Program-made: the position numbers and the translations under genes
Source of the DNA: Patescibacteria group bacterium
GTDB lineage: Bacteria; Patescibacteriota; Minisyncoccia; UBA10092
Direction of reading: 5' to 3'
Assembly (NCBI GenBank): GCA_018826255.1
Contig: JAHJZO010000023.1
Location: forward strand, 1-35,350
Length of the DNA: 35,350 bases
Notes under the pieces: generated by a model
What the model saw: the letters and a program-made list of their open reading frames with translations, nothing else
Databases searched by the model: none
Told to the model about the DNA's origin: nothing
In this document: piece after piece, positions 1 to 7,463 of the stretch
How the letters are laid out: the number at the start of each line of letters is the position of its first letter
How positions within the stretch are numbered: position 1 is the stretch's first letter

Positions 1-834
1 AAGAAGGACGCCATCAGCTTCCTTTCTGTTAAAGGCCGAAGCGGATTCTTCTTCGGAAAGATAAAATGTCAAAACCAAATTTTTTATAAATGGCGCGTAA
101 GAGAAATAATTGGTATTTGCCGTTAAATTGACGGAAATAATTCTTCCCAATGAATCTTTTTGCAATTTTACAAAACGATACGGACCGGTGCCTATGGGAT
201 TGAAATTGAAATCTGCCAAAGGAAAACTCTGAGGGGCAACATTTTCCCAAATATGCTTGGGCAAAATGCCAAGCAGAGCCAGATTTTCAGTAAAAGCGCC
301 GTAGGGTGTTTTAAGAGTTAAAATAACCGTATATTTATCTAAGGCCTCAGCTTTTACGCCTTGCCAGCTGGCTCTTAGCGGACTATTGTATTCCGGATTT
401 TGCGCCGCATTAATTGTAAAAACAACATCTTCGGCGCTAAACGGTTCGCCGTCATGCCAAATAATTCCATTCTTTAATTTTATAGTATAAGTTTTTTGAT
501 CTTTTGAAACTGTATAGCTTGCCGCCAAATCCGGTATCAGTTCACTTTTGTCGTTGTATTTTAAGAGTGAAGAAAATATCAGATTAGAAAGGTCCCGGTC
601 GGAATCATTAGTCGATAAAAGGGGGTTAAGATTGTGGGGAGATTCCGTTATTGCCTCAACATAGGTGCCACCGAAAACAGACACTACTCTGGTTTGATCT
701 CGGTAAAATTTTCCAACCAAATATGAGATAGAAAAAAGAATAAGAACGCAAAAAACGCCAAGCCAAAGCTTTTCGCCAATTTTAAGACTGTTCCAGATTC
801 TGGCCCAGTTTTTAATTTTTATGAATCTATTAAT
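1..834 (-). CDS. ABC transporter substrate-binding protein, family 5 (OppA/DppA-like), N-terminal part only; the C-terminus lies beyond the window start
   Basis: My own minus-strand translation gives an open frame from 846 down to 1. It has an N-terminal TM anchor (LWLGVFCVLILFSISYLV) followed by SBP_bac_5-like sequence (GGTYVEAITESPHNLNPLL..DLAASYTVSKDQKTYTIKLKNGIIWHDGEPFSAEDVVFT..PIGTGPYRF). It is absent from the ORF track because it runs off the window. The start is uncertain, since there is no ATG/GTG/TTG before the TM. Confidence 0.7.
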   Translation of the reverse strand, partial: MNRFIKIKNWARIWNSLKIGEKLWLGVFCVLILFSISYLVGKFYRDQTRVVSVFGGTYVEAITESPHNLNPLLSTNDSDRDLSNLIFSSLLKYNDKSELIPDLAASYTVSKDQKTYTIKLKNGIIWHDGEPFSAEDVVFTINAAQNPEYNSPLRASWQGVKAEALDKYTVILTLKTPYGAFTENLALLGILPKHIWENVAPQSFPLADFNFNPIGTGPYRFVKLQKDSLGRIISVNLTANTNYFSYAPFIKNLVLTFYLSEEESASAFNRKEADGVLL

Positions 835-841
835 AGTGGTT

Positions 842-1057
842 TTATATCAGAAAAGAGGCGACGCTTGCCGCTACAAACAAAATCGCTAAAACTATAGTAG
901 CCCAGAAAATAATGTTTTCTATGCCGCGCCGAGTATGATAAAAAGTAGACTCTCCGCCGAAAACAGAGGAAAGACCGCTGCCGCGCGATTGCATAAGAAT
1001 AGCTCCGGCTAAGAGCGTTGCTAGTACTATTTGAGCAATCGATAGAAAATTAGGCAT
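842..1057 (-). CDS. secG: preprotein translocase subunit SecG
   Basis: 71 aa with two TMs and the typical SecG loop (LMQSRGSGLSSVFGG). Confidence 0.8.
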   Translation of the reverse strand: MPNFLSIAQIVLATLLAGAILMQSRGSGLSSVFGGESTFYHTRRGIENIIFWATIVLAILFVAASVASFLI

Positions 1058-1061
1058 AATT

Positions 1062-1430
1062 TTATTCTTGTTCTTTTTCTTTACGAGTTAAAATGGAGGC
1101 CGCGAAATTAAATACGGTAATAATAACCATGGTCCAAAAGTACGCAATAATTCCGGTGATTGAAAACTCCGGCGCGAAATAAGCCGCGAGCCATATCATA
1201 AATATATTTATAACTATAGTAAAAAGTCCCAGAGTTAGCAATATAAGGGGACTGAACAGCAATTTTAACACGGGCTTTATAAAAGCATTAACCAAAGCGA
1301 GAATAAGAGCGATTTTCAATAAACCTACGGGCTCGTAGCTGTAAATAACACCAGGGATAAACCGCGCCGCAGCTAAAACCGCCAGCGCGTTAGCGACAAT
1401 GCGAAACAAGAACCTGATAATCATAATCAT
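1062..1430 (-). CDS. YvlD-like / phage-holin-family-4 membrane protein (4 TM)
   Basis: 122 aa with 4 predicted TMs. The N-terminus (FLFRIVANALAVLAAARFIPGV) resembles the PF04020 family. Recognition is by memory only. Confidence 0.5.
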   Translation of the reverse strand: MIMIIRFLFRIVANALAVLAAARFIPGVIYSYEPVGLLKIALILALVNAFIKPVLKLLFSPLILLTLGLFTIVINIFMIWLAAYFAPEFSITGIIAYFWTMVIITVFNFAASILTRKEKEQE

Positions 1431-1461
1431 ATTATATGTTATAAAGCAAGAGCTGGCAATG

Positions 1462-1489
1462 TTGACAAAGTAGAGAAATAAGCTAATAT
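1462..1489 (+). promoter_or_regulatory. sigma70-like promoter for groES-groEL (TTGACA, 16-nt spacer, TAATAT)
   Basis: TTGACA at 1462-1467 and TAATAT at 1484-1489, about 20 nt upstream of the groES ATG. No CIRCE inverted repeat lies nearby. Confidence 0.45.
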
Positions 1490-1507
1490 AGGGAAGAACA
1501 AAAACAT

Positions 1508-1798
1508 ATGGCGATAAAACAAATTTGTATAAAACCTTTGGGCGACCGGGTTGTGGTTGTGGCTGTTAAAGAAGCCGCTCGAACCAAATCGGGTATCATT
1601 TTGCCGGAAACAGTTGATAAAGAAAAACCGGCGCAGGGAAAAGTGGTGGCCATGGGCGCGGGCGAAAAAATAAAAAAATCGGGCGTTAAAAAAGGCGACC
1701 AAGTCATCTATGAAAAATACGCCGGCACGGAATTCAAAATCGAAAGTGTTGAATATAAAATTTTAAAAGAAGACGAAATCTTAGCGATTCTAGAATAA
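1508..1798 (+). CDS. groES: co-chaperonin GroES
   Basis: 96 aa with IKPLGDRVVV..GIILPE..GKVVAMG, a classic Cpn10. Confidence 0.95.
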   Translation: MAIKQICIKPLGDRVVVVAVKEAARTKSGIILPETVDKEKPAQGKVVAMGAGEKIKKSGVKKGDQVIYEKYAGTEFKIESVEYKILKEDEILAILE

Positions 1799-1804
1799 AA
1801 AATT

Positions 1805-3430
1805 ATGGCAAAACAAATTATTTCAGGCGCGCAAGCCAGAGAAGCGGTAAAAAGAGGCGTTGACCAATTGGCCAATGCCGTTAAAATCACTCTCGGTCCG
1901 CGCGGCCGCAATGTCGTTTTGGATAAGGGCTACGGCGCCCCGACAATTACCAATGACGGCGTGACCATAGCCAAAGACATTGAACTTAATGACAAATTTG
2001 AAAATATCGGCGCCTCGCTTGTAAAAGAAGCGGCGTCCAAAACCAATGATGTCGCCGGTGACGGCACGACCACGGCGGTTGTTTTGACGCAGGCGATGAT
2101 AGCCGAAGGAGTTAATTTAATAAATTCCGGCGCTAACCCCATGGTTTTGAAACGCGGCATGGATAAAGCAATGGCCAAAGTTTCCGAAATATTAAAGAAA
2201 AATGCCAAGCCGGTGACCAAAGAAAAAATAAAAGATGTCGCCATAATTTCCGCTAATGACAAAGAAATGGGCTCGCTCATTGCCGAAGTCATAAATGAAG
2301 TCGGCAAAGAAGGAGTAGTTACCGTTGAAGAAGGTCAAACAATGGATGTTTCTTACGAATTGGTTGAAGGACTTCAGTTTGACCGCGGTTATGTCAACCC
2401 CTATATGGTAACTAATGCCGAAAGAATGGAAGCGGTTTTGGAAAAGCCAAATATTTTAATCACCGACAAGAAGATTTCTTCTCTTCCGGAAATAATGCCG
2501 CTTTTGGAAAAAATTATAAAATCAGGAAATAAAAACTTGGTAATCATCGCCGATGAAATTGAAGGTGAGGCGCTGGCGACTCTTGTCGTTAATAAACTTC
2601 GTGGAATTTTTAATGTTTTAGCAGTAAAAGCACCGGGATTTGGCGACAGACGAAAAGAAATGCTGGAAGACATGGCGGCGGTTGTCGGCGGTGAAGTAGT
2701 TTCCGAAGATAAAGGAATGAAACTTGAAAATGCCGACTTGAATGTTTTGGGAGAAGCCAAGCGAATTATCGCCAACAAAGATAATACCACTATTGTCGGC
2801 GGCGCCGGTTCCAAGTCGGACATAGAAAAAAGAATAAAACAAATCAAAGCTCAGCTTGAAAAAACCGAATCGGAATTTGACAAAGAAAAGCTTCAGGAAA
2901 GATTGGCGAAATTATCAGGCGGTGTGGCCGTTATCAAAGTTGGCGCCGCGACCGAAGTTGAAATGAAAGAAAAGAAATTCAGAATTGAAGACGCGGTTTC
3001 GGCAACTAAAGCGGCAATTGAAGAGGGCATTGTTTCCGGAGGCGGCGTGGCGCTTTTTGAAGCAGCTAAAGAAATCAAGGGTTCTAAACTGGCGGGCGCG
3101 GTTGAATTCGGCGACGAAGCCAAGGGCGTTAATTTGGTAATTAGCGCGCTGGAATCGCCGATGCGGGTAATAGCGAAAAATGCCAATAAAGATGATAACG
3201 AGGTTATTCAAACCATAAGCGAAAGAGAAAAGGGTATTGGGTTTAACGCGGTAACGGGAGAATACGCCGATATGATTAAAGACGGAATTATAGATCCATT
3301 GAAAGTTACCAGGACGGCCTTGCAAAATGCCGTATCTATTGCTTCAATGCTTTTAACCAGCGAGGTTTTGATTTCGGACTTGCCGGAAAAAATTAATCCG
3401 CCGGAAATAAATCAACATGATAATTATTAG
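1805..3430 (+). CDS. groEL: chaperonin GroEL
   Basis: 541 aa with [24 protein letters not shown] and GGGVAL. The C-terminus lacks a GGM repeat tail. Confidence 0.98.
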   Translation: MAKQIISGAQAREAVKRGVDQLANAVKITLGPRGRNVVLDKGYGAPTITNDGVTIAKDIELNDKFENIGASLVKEAASKTNDVAGDGTTTAVVLTQAMIAEGVNLINSGANPMVLKRGMDKAMAKVSEILKKNAKPVTKEKIKDVAIISANDKEMGSLIAEVINEVGKEGVVTVEEGQTMDVSYELVEGLQFDRGYVNPYMVTNAERMEAVLEKPNILITDKKISSLPEIMPLLEKIIKSGNKNLVIIADEIEGEALATLVVNKLRGIFNVLAVKAPGFGDRRKEMLEDMAAVVGGEVVSEDKGMKLENADLNVLGEAKRIIANKDNTTIVGGAGSKSDIEKRIKQIKAQLEKTESEFDKEKLQERLAKLSGGVAVIKVGAATEVEMKEKKFRIEDAVSATKAAIEEGIVSGGGVALFEAAKEIKGSKLAGAVEFGDEAKGVNLVISALESPMRVIAKNANKDDNEVIQTISEREKGIGFNAVTGEYADMIKDGIIDPLKVTRTALQNAVSIASMLLTSEVLISDLPEKINPPEINQHDNY

Positions 3431-3740
3431 ATTACAAAGAGTCGGAAAAAAACACACGGCGACTTTTAGGGTTGTGTTAACCGAAAAAACCGCCGGGCCG
3501 CGCCGGAAATATTTAGAATTGCTCGGCAATGTGAATCGTAAAATGAAAACAGTCAGTTTGAAAAAGGATAGAATTTTATATTGGATTAGCAAAGGCGCCC
3601 AGCCATCGGACACAATCCACAATCTGCTTATTTCACAAGGCGTAATTTCCGGCGCCAAAAAACCGGTTCACAAAATTTCAAAAAAAGTACCTGTGGCGGC
3701 AACGCCGGAAGTAGTCCCGGAAACGACACCCACTGTTTGA
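3417..3740 (+). CDS. rpsP: 30S ribosomal protein S16
   Basis: [23 protein letters not shown].. is a typical S16 N-terminus. The gene overlaps the groEL 3' end by 14 nt. Confidence 0.9.
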   Translation: MIIIRLQRVGKKHTATFRVVLTEKTAGPRRKYLELLGNVNRKMKTVSLKKDRILYWISKGAQPSDTIHNLLISQGVISGAKKPVHKISKKVPVAATPEVVPETTPTV

Positions 3741-3773
3741 CAATCATATTAGTTTTTGCTATACATCAGACAA

Positions 3774-3811
3774 TTAGTAGCTACCCCTTCGGGGTTAGGT
3801 CGACCTACTAA
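3774..3811 (+). other. intergenic stem-loop with a TTCG-type loop between rpsP and the KH gene
   Basis: TTAGTAG (3774-3780) pairs with CTACTAA (3805-3811). The inner stem is CTACCCC-TTCG-GGGTTAG. No T-tract follows. Confidence 0.4.
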
Positions 3812-3838
3812 ACTTTAACAAAAAGATTATTCAAAGAA

Positions 3839-4183
3839 ATGGCTACAAAATCAGTTGATCAGGAATTTCTTGAATACCTTGTAAAATCAATCGTTGACCA
3901 TCCTGATGATGTCAAGATTGAGCGCAAGGTTGACGAGATGGGAGTCCTTTTAGACCTTAGAGTTAACCAAGAAGACATGGGAATGCTTATTGGTCGCCAG
4001 GGCTCAACAGCGAAAGCCATCCGAACTCTTCTTCGTATAATTGGCGCCCGCAATAATGCGCGGGTTAATTTGAAGATAGAGGAACCGGAAGGTTCGACTC
4101 GTCCGGTGAGAGAAAGCCCGACATCGACACCGACATCGACAAGAGATATGGATCAAGTTGTTGATGATTTAAGACAGCTATAA
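3839..4183 (+). CDS. KH-domain RNA-binding protein (YlqC/UPF0109 family) with a C-terminal extension
   Basis: DDVKIE...LRV..EDMGMLIGRQGSTAKAIRTLL contains the GxxG KH motif. The position after rpsP is conserved. Confidence 0.85.
   Translation: MATKSVDQEFLEYLVKSIVDHPDDVKIERKVDEMGVLLDLRVNQEDMGMLIGRQGSTAKAIRTLLRIIGARNNARVNLKIEEPEGSTRPVRESPTSTPTSTRDMDQVVDDLRQL
4118..4141 (+). repeat. perfect 12-nt tandem duplication (CCGACATCGACA x2) encoding PTSTPTST in the KH protein tail
   Basis: Read directly: 4118-4129 is identical to 4130-4141. Confidence 0.9.
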
Positions 4184-4230
4184 TCTAATCTAAAACCCCT
4201 CCGCTTCTGGCGGAGGGGTTTTAGATTAGA
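4184..4230. terminator. bidirectional intrinsic terminator; perfect 21-bp inverted repeat
   Basis: TCTAATCTAAAACCCCTCCGC (4184-4204), a TTCTG loop, then GCGGAGGGGTTTTAGATTAGA (4210-4230). A GC-rich core is flanked by A4/T4 tracts. Confidence 0.7.
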
Positions 4231-4273
4231 TGCGCAAACATATGTAAGACATATATATTTAATTTATACCGAA

Positions 4274-4302
4274 TTCCGACGATCGTCCGAATATGGTATA
4301 AA
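4274..4302 (+). promoter_or_regulatory. candidate promoter for trmD (TTCCGA, 17-nt spacer, TATAAA, with TGG upstream of the -10)
   Basis: TTCCGA at 4274-4279 and TATAAA at 4297-4302. It overlaps the first ATG of the track ORF, which argues that the real trmD start is 4332. Confidence 0.4.
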
Positions 4303-4331
4303 TGAGTATATTTGATATTATTATAATAATT

Positions 4332-5009
4332 ATGCGATTCGATATTATAACTATATTCCCAAAGATTTTTGATTCTTATTTAAACGAGAGCATTATTAAG
4401 CGCGCGCAGAAAAACAAAAAAATAAAAATAAATATAATTAATCTCCGCGATTTTGCGACCGACAAACACAAGACGGTTGATGAAAAGCCATACGGCGGGG
4501 GACCGGGGATGGTGTTCAAAATCGAGCCGCTTATTAAAGCGCTTAGTAAACTTTCCCCTGATCTTGTAATTCTTTTTTCCGCTTCCGGAAAACAATTTAA
4601 TTCTAAGATAGCGGGTGACTTTGCCAAAAAATATAATCATATCGTAATGATCGCCGGCCATTACGAAGGCGTGGATGAACGCATCAAAAAAGTTATTGTA
4701 AATTGTAAATTGTCCCGCTATGCTGGATCCCGCCAAGCGGGAAAAATTATAGAATTGTCGGTAGGTCCCTATGTTCTAACCGGAGGAGAATTGCCGGCAA
4801 TGATTGTCATTGACGCGGTGTCGCGGCACATCCCGGGCGTTTTGGGAAAAATGGAATCGCTTGAAGAAAAAAGATACGGCGTTGGCGTTCCGATGTACAC
4901 GCGTCCGGAAGTTTTTGTTTATCGCGGCAAAAAATATCCTGTTCCGAAAGTTTTTCTTTCCGGCAACCATAAGGAAATAGATAACTGGCGCAAAAACCAT
5001 CAGAGATAA
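4332..5009 (+). CDS. trmD: tRNA (guanine37-N1)-methyltransferase TrmD
   Basis: MRFDIITIFPKIF.., YGGGPGMV, GHYEGVDER and YVLTGGELPAMIVIDAVSRHIPGVLG. The start is trimmed to the conserved MRFDI. Confidence 0.9.
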   Translation: MRFDIITIFPKIFDSYLNESIIKRAQKNKKIKINIINLRDFATDKHKTVDEKPYGGGPGMVFKIEPLIKALSKLSPDLVILFSASGKQFNSKIAGDFAKKYNHIVMIAGHYEGVDERIKKVIVNCKLSRYAGSRQAGKIIELSVGPYVLTGGELPAMIVIDAVSRHIPGVLGKMESLEEKRYGVGVPMYTRPEVFVYRGKKYPVPKVFLSGNHKEIDNWRKNHQR

Positions 5010-5017
5010 AAGAAAAA

Positions 5018-5066
5018 AGTGTCGTTATTCAACCGATCGGTCTTATAACTGCACTTTTTGTTTTTC
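5018..5066 (+). terminator. intrinsic terminator after trmD
   Basis: An imperfect 19-bp hairpin is centred on CCGATCGG (AGTGTCGTTATTCAACCGA/TCGGTCTTATAACTGCACT) and followed by TTTTTGTTTTT. Confidence 0.6.
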
Positions 5067-5165
5067 AAAAATAAACCCTTTACAAATATTGTGAGATGTG
5101 ATACCGTACAAAAAGTAAGAAACGTCCTTTGACATCAAATAAAAATCCAATAGGAGGGAAAAGTC

Positions 5166-5549
5166 ATGAAAAGAATAGAGAAATGGAATAGAAAAATCAC
5201 ATGTTCAGCAAAAATAATTTTGATTATTGTCGCGGTTATTGTTTATTTCAACATCGGTTATTTAGTGACATATTCAACAGTTCCGGAAACTCCAAAAACA
5301 CCAACAACTCAAATGATTTGGAAAATTCTAAATTTTGCTGATGGTATGGATATTAATAAGCAAGATAGAGGCACCTTTTCCTATATAATCGCTACAGTAT
5401 TATGGCCTTTGGTAGTACTTTTCATTTGGTTGGCCAATCTCGTGTTAATGTCTTTCAATATCATTTGTTTTTTTCTTTCCAGTACTTGGAGTGCCATTCA
5501 CTGGACTTTTACTGGAGGGGTTTGGAAATTGACAGGATTAATCAAATAG
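5166..5549 (+). CDS. hypothetical membrane protein (about 3 TM)
   Basis: 127-aa ORF with a strong SD (AGGAGGG 7 nt upstream). It has hydrophobic segments and no recognisable family. Confidence 0.5.
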   Translation: MKRIEKWNRKITCSAKIILIIVAVIVYFNIGYLVTYSTVPETPKTPTTQMIWKILNFADGMDINKQDRGTFSYIIATVLWPLVVLFIWLANLVLMSFNIICFFLSSTWSAIHWTFTGGVWKLTGLIK

Positions 5550-5553
5550 AAAC

Positions 5554-5655
5554 AGGGGGCTTGACCCCGTAGTGGACTTTAACAGGTCGCTTTGGCGACC
5601 TAGGCTGTAATTGGTCAAAGTGCTACTACGGGGTTGACGCCCCTTTTTATTTTTG
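5554..5655 (+). terminator. compound ~100-nt stem-loop ending in a T-tract; terminator of the upstream gene and/or rplJ leader or attenuator
   Basis: P1 pairs 5555-5560 with 5639-5644. P2 is a perfect 9 bp (CCCCGTAGT 5565-5573 with ACTACGGGG 5625-5633). The inner hairpin AGGTCGC-TTTG-GCGACCT (5584-5601) is followed by TTTTTATTTTT. Confidence 0.5.
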
Positions 5656-5756
5656 ATAAACTATAAATATTCCGCAGACAGTGGGCAAACAGTAAGACCC
5701 GCCGAGGATAAAAGTAATTGCTTTTATTTTTTGCGGACAAGTATCCGCATTTTTTT

Positions 5757-6284
5757 ATGCCTCTAAATAGAGAACAAAAATCAAATATTTTGAAAGATTT
5801 AACTGATAAATTCGGCCGGGCTAAGGCGGCGATTTTAGTTGATTTCAATAAACTATCCGTAAGCAAGGCGATGGAATTGAGATGCAACCTAAAATCGATT
5901 AACGCAGAATATAAAGTTGCTAAAAAGACTTTAATCAACCGCGTTTTAAGAGCCGGTAATTTTGAAGATGCCAAAATAGATGATTTTAAGACACAAGTGG
6001 GAGTAATTTTCAGCTATGATGACCCGGTGCCCGTGGCGAACTCGATTTGGAAATTTTCCAGGATTAACGAGGCGTTAAAAATTCTGGGCGGTTTTCTAGA
6101 ACTAAACTGGCAAGGTAAGGATAATATCGTGGCTTTAGCAAAACTTCCTTCGCGTGAAATTCTTTTGGGACAGGTTGTCAGGGTGATCGCCTCTCCTCTT
6201 TCCGGATTGGCCACCGTGTTATCCGGCAATATGCGTAATTTGGTAGGCGTGCTAAATAATATAAGGTCGAAAAATAATAAATAA
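5757..6284 (+). CDS. rplJ: 50S ribosomal protein L10
   Basis: MPLNREQKSNILKDLTDKF..AAILVDFNKLSV..LR..L..AEYKVAKKTL is a typical L10. The start is trimmed from a TTG-extended ORF. Confidence 0.9.
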   Translation: MPLNREQKSNILKDLTDKFGRAKAAILVDFNKLSVSKAMELRCNLKSINAEYKVAKKTLINRVLRAGNFEDAKIDDFKTQVGVIFSYDDPVPVANSIWKFSRINEALKILGGFLELNWQGKDNIVALAKLPSREILLGQVVRVIASPLSGLATVLSGNMRNLVGVLNNIRSKNNK

Positions 6285-6296
6285 TAAATAATAAAT

Positions 6297-6671
6297 ATGG
6301 CAAAATTTGATAAAATTATAGAAGAAGTTGAAAAGTTAACTGCACTTGAACTTTCCGAACTGGTCAAAGCGCTGGAAGAAAAGTTTGGCGTGTCGGCAGC
6401 AGCACCGATGATGGCGATGCCGGCCGGAGCAGGCGAGCCTGCGGTGGCAGTAGAAGAGAAGTCGGCTTTTGACGTTGTGTTGGCTAAAGCGGGTGATCAA
6501 AAAATCGCAGTCATAAAAATAGTTCGCGAAGCTACCAATAAAGGTCTCCAGGAGGCGAAGCAATTGGTTGATACGGCTCCTCAAGTAATAAAGAGCGGAG
6601 CTACTAAGGCCGAGGCCGATGAACTTAAGAAAAAATTGGAAGAAGCTGGCGCAACAGTAGAATTGAAATAA
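6297..6671 (+). CDS. rplL: 50S ribosomal protein L7/L12
   Basis: [26 protein letters not shown]... with [24 protein letters not shown]. Confidence 0.95.
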   Translation: MAKFDKIIEEVEKLTALELSELVKALEEKFGVSAAAPMMAMPAGAGEPAVAVEEKSAFDVVLAKAGDQKIAVIKIVREATNKGLQEAKQLVDTAPQVIKSGATKAEADELKKKLEEAGATVELK

Positions 6672-6681
6672 AACAGAAAAC

Positions 6682-6716
6682 AAAACGTCCGATTGAAAAA
6701 TCGGGCGTTTTGTTTT
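6682..6716 (+). terminator. intrinsic terminator after rplL
   Basis: AAAACGTCCGATT, a loop, then AATCGGGCGTTTT followed by GTTTT. Confidence 0.7.
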
Positions 6717-6733
6717 AATATAGCGTTTATAAC

Positions 6734-7321
6734 ATGACGAAAATATTATCGGAACCAACTTTAGATAGGTTGTTTGATTCGCCCGCAAGAACGCGGCTCT
6801 TGAAGTTATTCTTGTATAATCCCGAAGGAAATTTTGAATCAAAAAGCATATCAAAGAAACTTAATCTAAAATCTTATCAAACCAACAAACATCTTAAAGA
6901 CTTGGTTGTTTTAAAGTTTTTAATCCGCAAAAACATAAAAGACAAAAAAACATTCAGAGTCAATCAGAGCTTTGAGTTTTATGGCGAACTCAAAGAACTA
7001 GTGGCCAAAGCTAGTCCGGCTTCAAAGGAAAAAATGTTAAACCGTATTAAGAGCTTGGGGAAAATAAAACTGGCGCTCTTGGCCGGAGTGTTTATTAATT
7101 CCGATACGTCCCGAGCGGATCTTTTAATAGTGGGAGATAATATAAACTTAGCTAAGTTCAATGGTTTTATAAAAAATTTAGAAGCGGAAGTCGGCAAGGA
7201 AATTAATCACGCCTTGATGACAACGAAAGAATTTTATTACCGTCACGATATGTACGACCGCTTTATTCGTGACTTCTTGGATTTCAAACACGAAAAGCTC
7301 ATAAACAAACTGAAAATCTAG
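6734..7321 (+). CDS. hypothetical protein; N-terminal winged-helix-like domain plus a C-terminal domain of unknown function
   Basis: 195 aa. SPARTRLLKLFLYNPE...SKSISKKLNL..TNKHLKDLVVLKFL looks like an ArsR/MarR-type wHTH. The call is by resemblance only. Confidence 0.4.
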   Translation: MTKILSEPTLDRLFDSPARTRLLKLFLYNPEGNFESKSISKKLNLKSYQTNKHLKDLVVLKFLIRKNIKDKKTFRVNQSFEFYGELKELVAKASPASKEKMLNRIKSLGKIKLALLAGVFINSDTSRADLLIVGDNINLAKFNGFIKNLEAEVGKEINHALMTTKEFYYRHDMYDRFIRDFLDFKHEKLINKLKI

Positions 7322-7392
7322 GGCGCATAGTTTAATGGTAAAACGCTCCGTTCACATCGGAGAGAGTATAAGTTCGATTCTTATTGCGCCCA
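7321..7392 (+). tRNA. tRNA-Val (anticodon CAC)
   Basis: Hand-folded cloverleaf: acceptor GGGCGCA/TGCGCCC, D arm GTTT-AATGGTA-AAAC, anticodon arm CTCCG-TTCACAT-CGGAG, T arm ATAAG-TTCGATT-CTTAT, discriminator A. No CCA is encoded. The first base is the last base of the upstream TAG stop. Confidence 0.9.
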
Positions 7393-7415
7393 CAGTATTT
7401 TAAACTTATCCACAG

Positions 7416-7438
7416 AAAGGCCTATTGCGGGCCTTTTT
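7416..7438 (+). terminator. intrinsic terminator after tRNA-Val
   Basis: AAAGGCC-TATTGCG-GGCCTTT followed by TT. Confidence 0.6.
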
Positions 7439-7463
7439 AATTTGTATTACTATTGATCTGTCA

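Noticed and set aside
1930-3325. Several 97-148-aa ORFs on the minus strand inside groEL (1930-2307, 2401-2847, 2893-3186, 2915-3325).
   Set aside because: They are antisense to an unambiguous, full-length GroEL. Their compositions are low-complexity (Ser/Ala/Phe-rich) with no motifs, so they are typical shadow ORFs.
4200-4214. A dispersed mobile palindromic element, inferred from the 15-mer TCCGCTTCTGGCGGA shared between the 4184-4230 terminator and cysS (18036-18050).
   Set aside because: About one exact 15-mer coincidence is expected by chance among all position pairs on both strands in 35 kb. The flanks are unrelated, and TCC/GCN/GGA codon runs create such palindromes. It is kept only as a low-interest finding that needs genome-wide statistics.
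4302-4331. Upstream extensions of the track ORFs for trmD (4302), rplJ (5718), rsmH (7939), recR (15358), cysS (18590) and ftsE (23420).
   Set aside because: In each case the conserved family N-terminus begins at an internal Met (MRFDI, MPLNREQK, MAHIPVL, MYPKPI, MAVKFYN, MIRFENI). The extensions overlap promoters, hairpins or the upstream gene.
5554-5650. Possible small (4.5S-like) SRP RNA. The element is a ~100-nt rod beginning GGGGGC and ending GCCCC, with an AGGUC-containing apical hairpin.
   Set aside because: The apical loop is UUUG rather than a GNRA (GGAA) tetraloop. The conserved domain IV symmetric and asymmetric loop sequences (GGAAGCAGC etc.) are absent. The resemblance is only in overall shape.
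6336-6854. 172-aa minus-strand ORF spanning rplL and the start of the wHTH gene.
   Set aside because: It is antisense to L7/L12, crosses the rplL terminator, and has a Cys/Arg/Phe-rich composition unlike a real protein.
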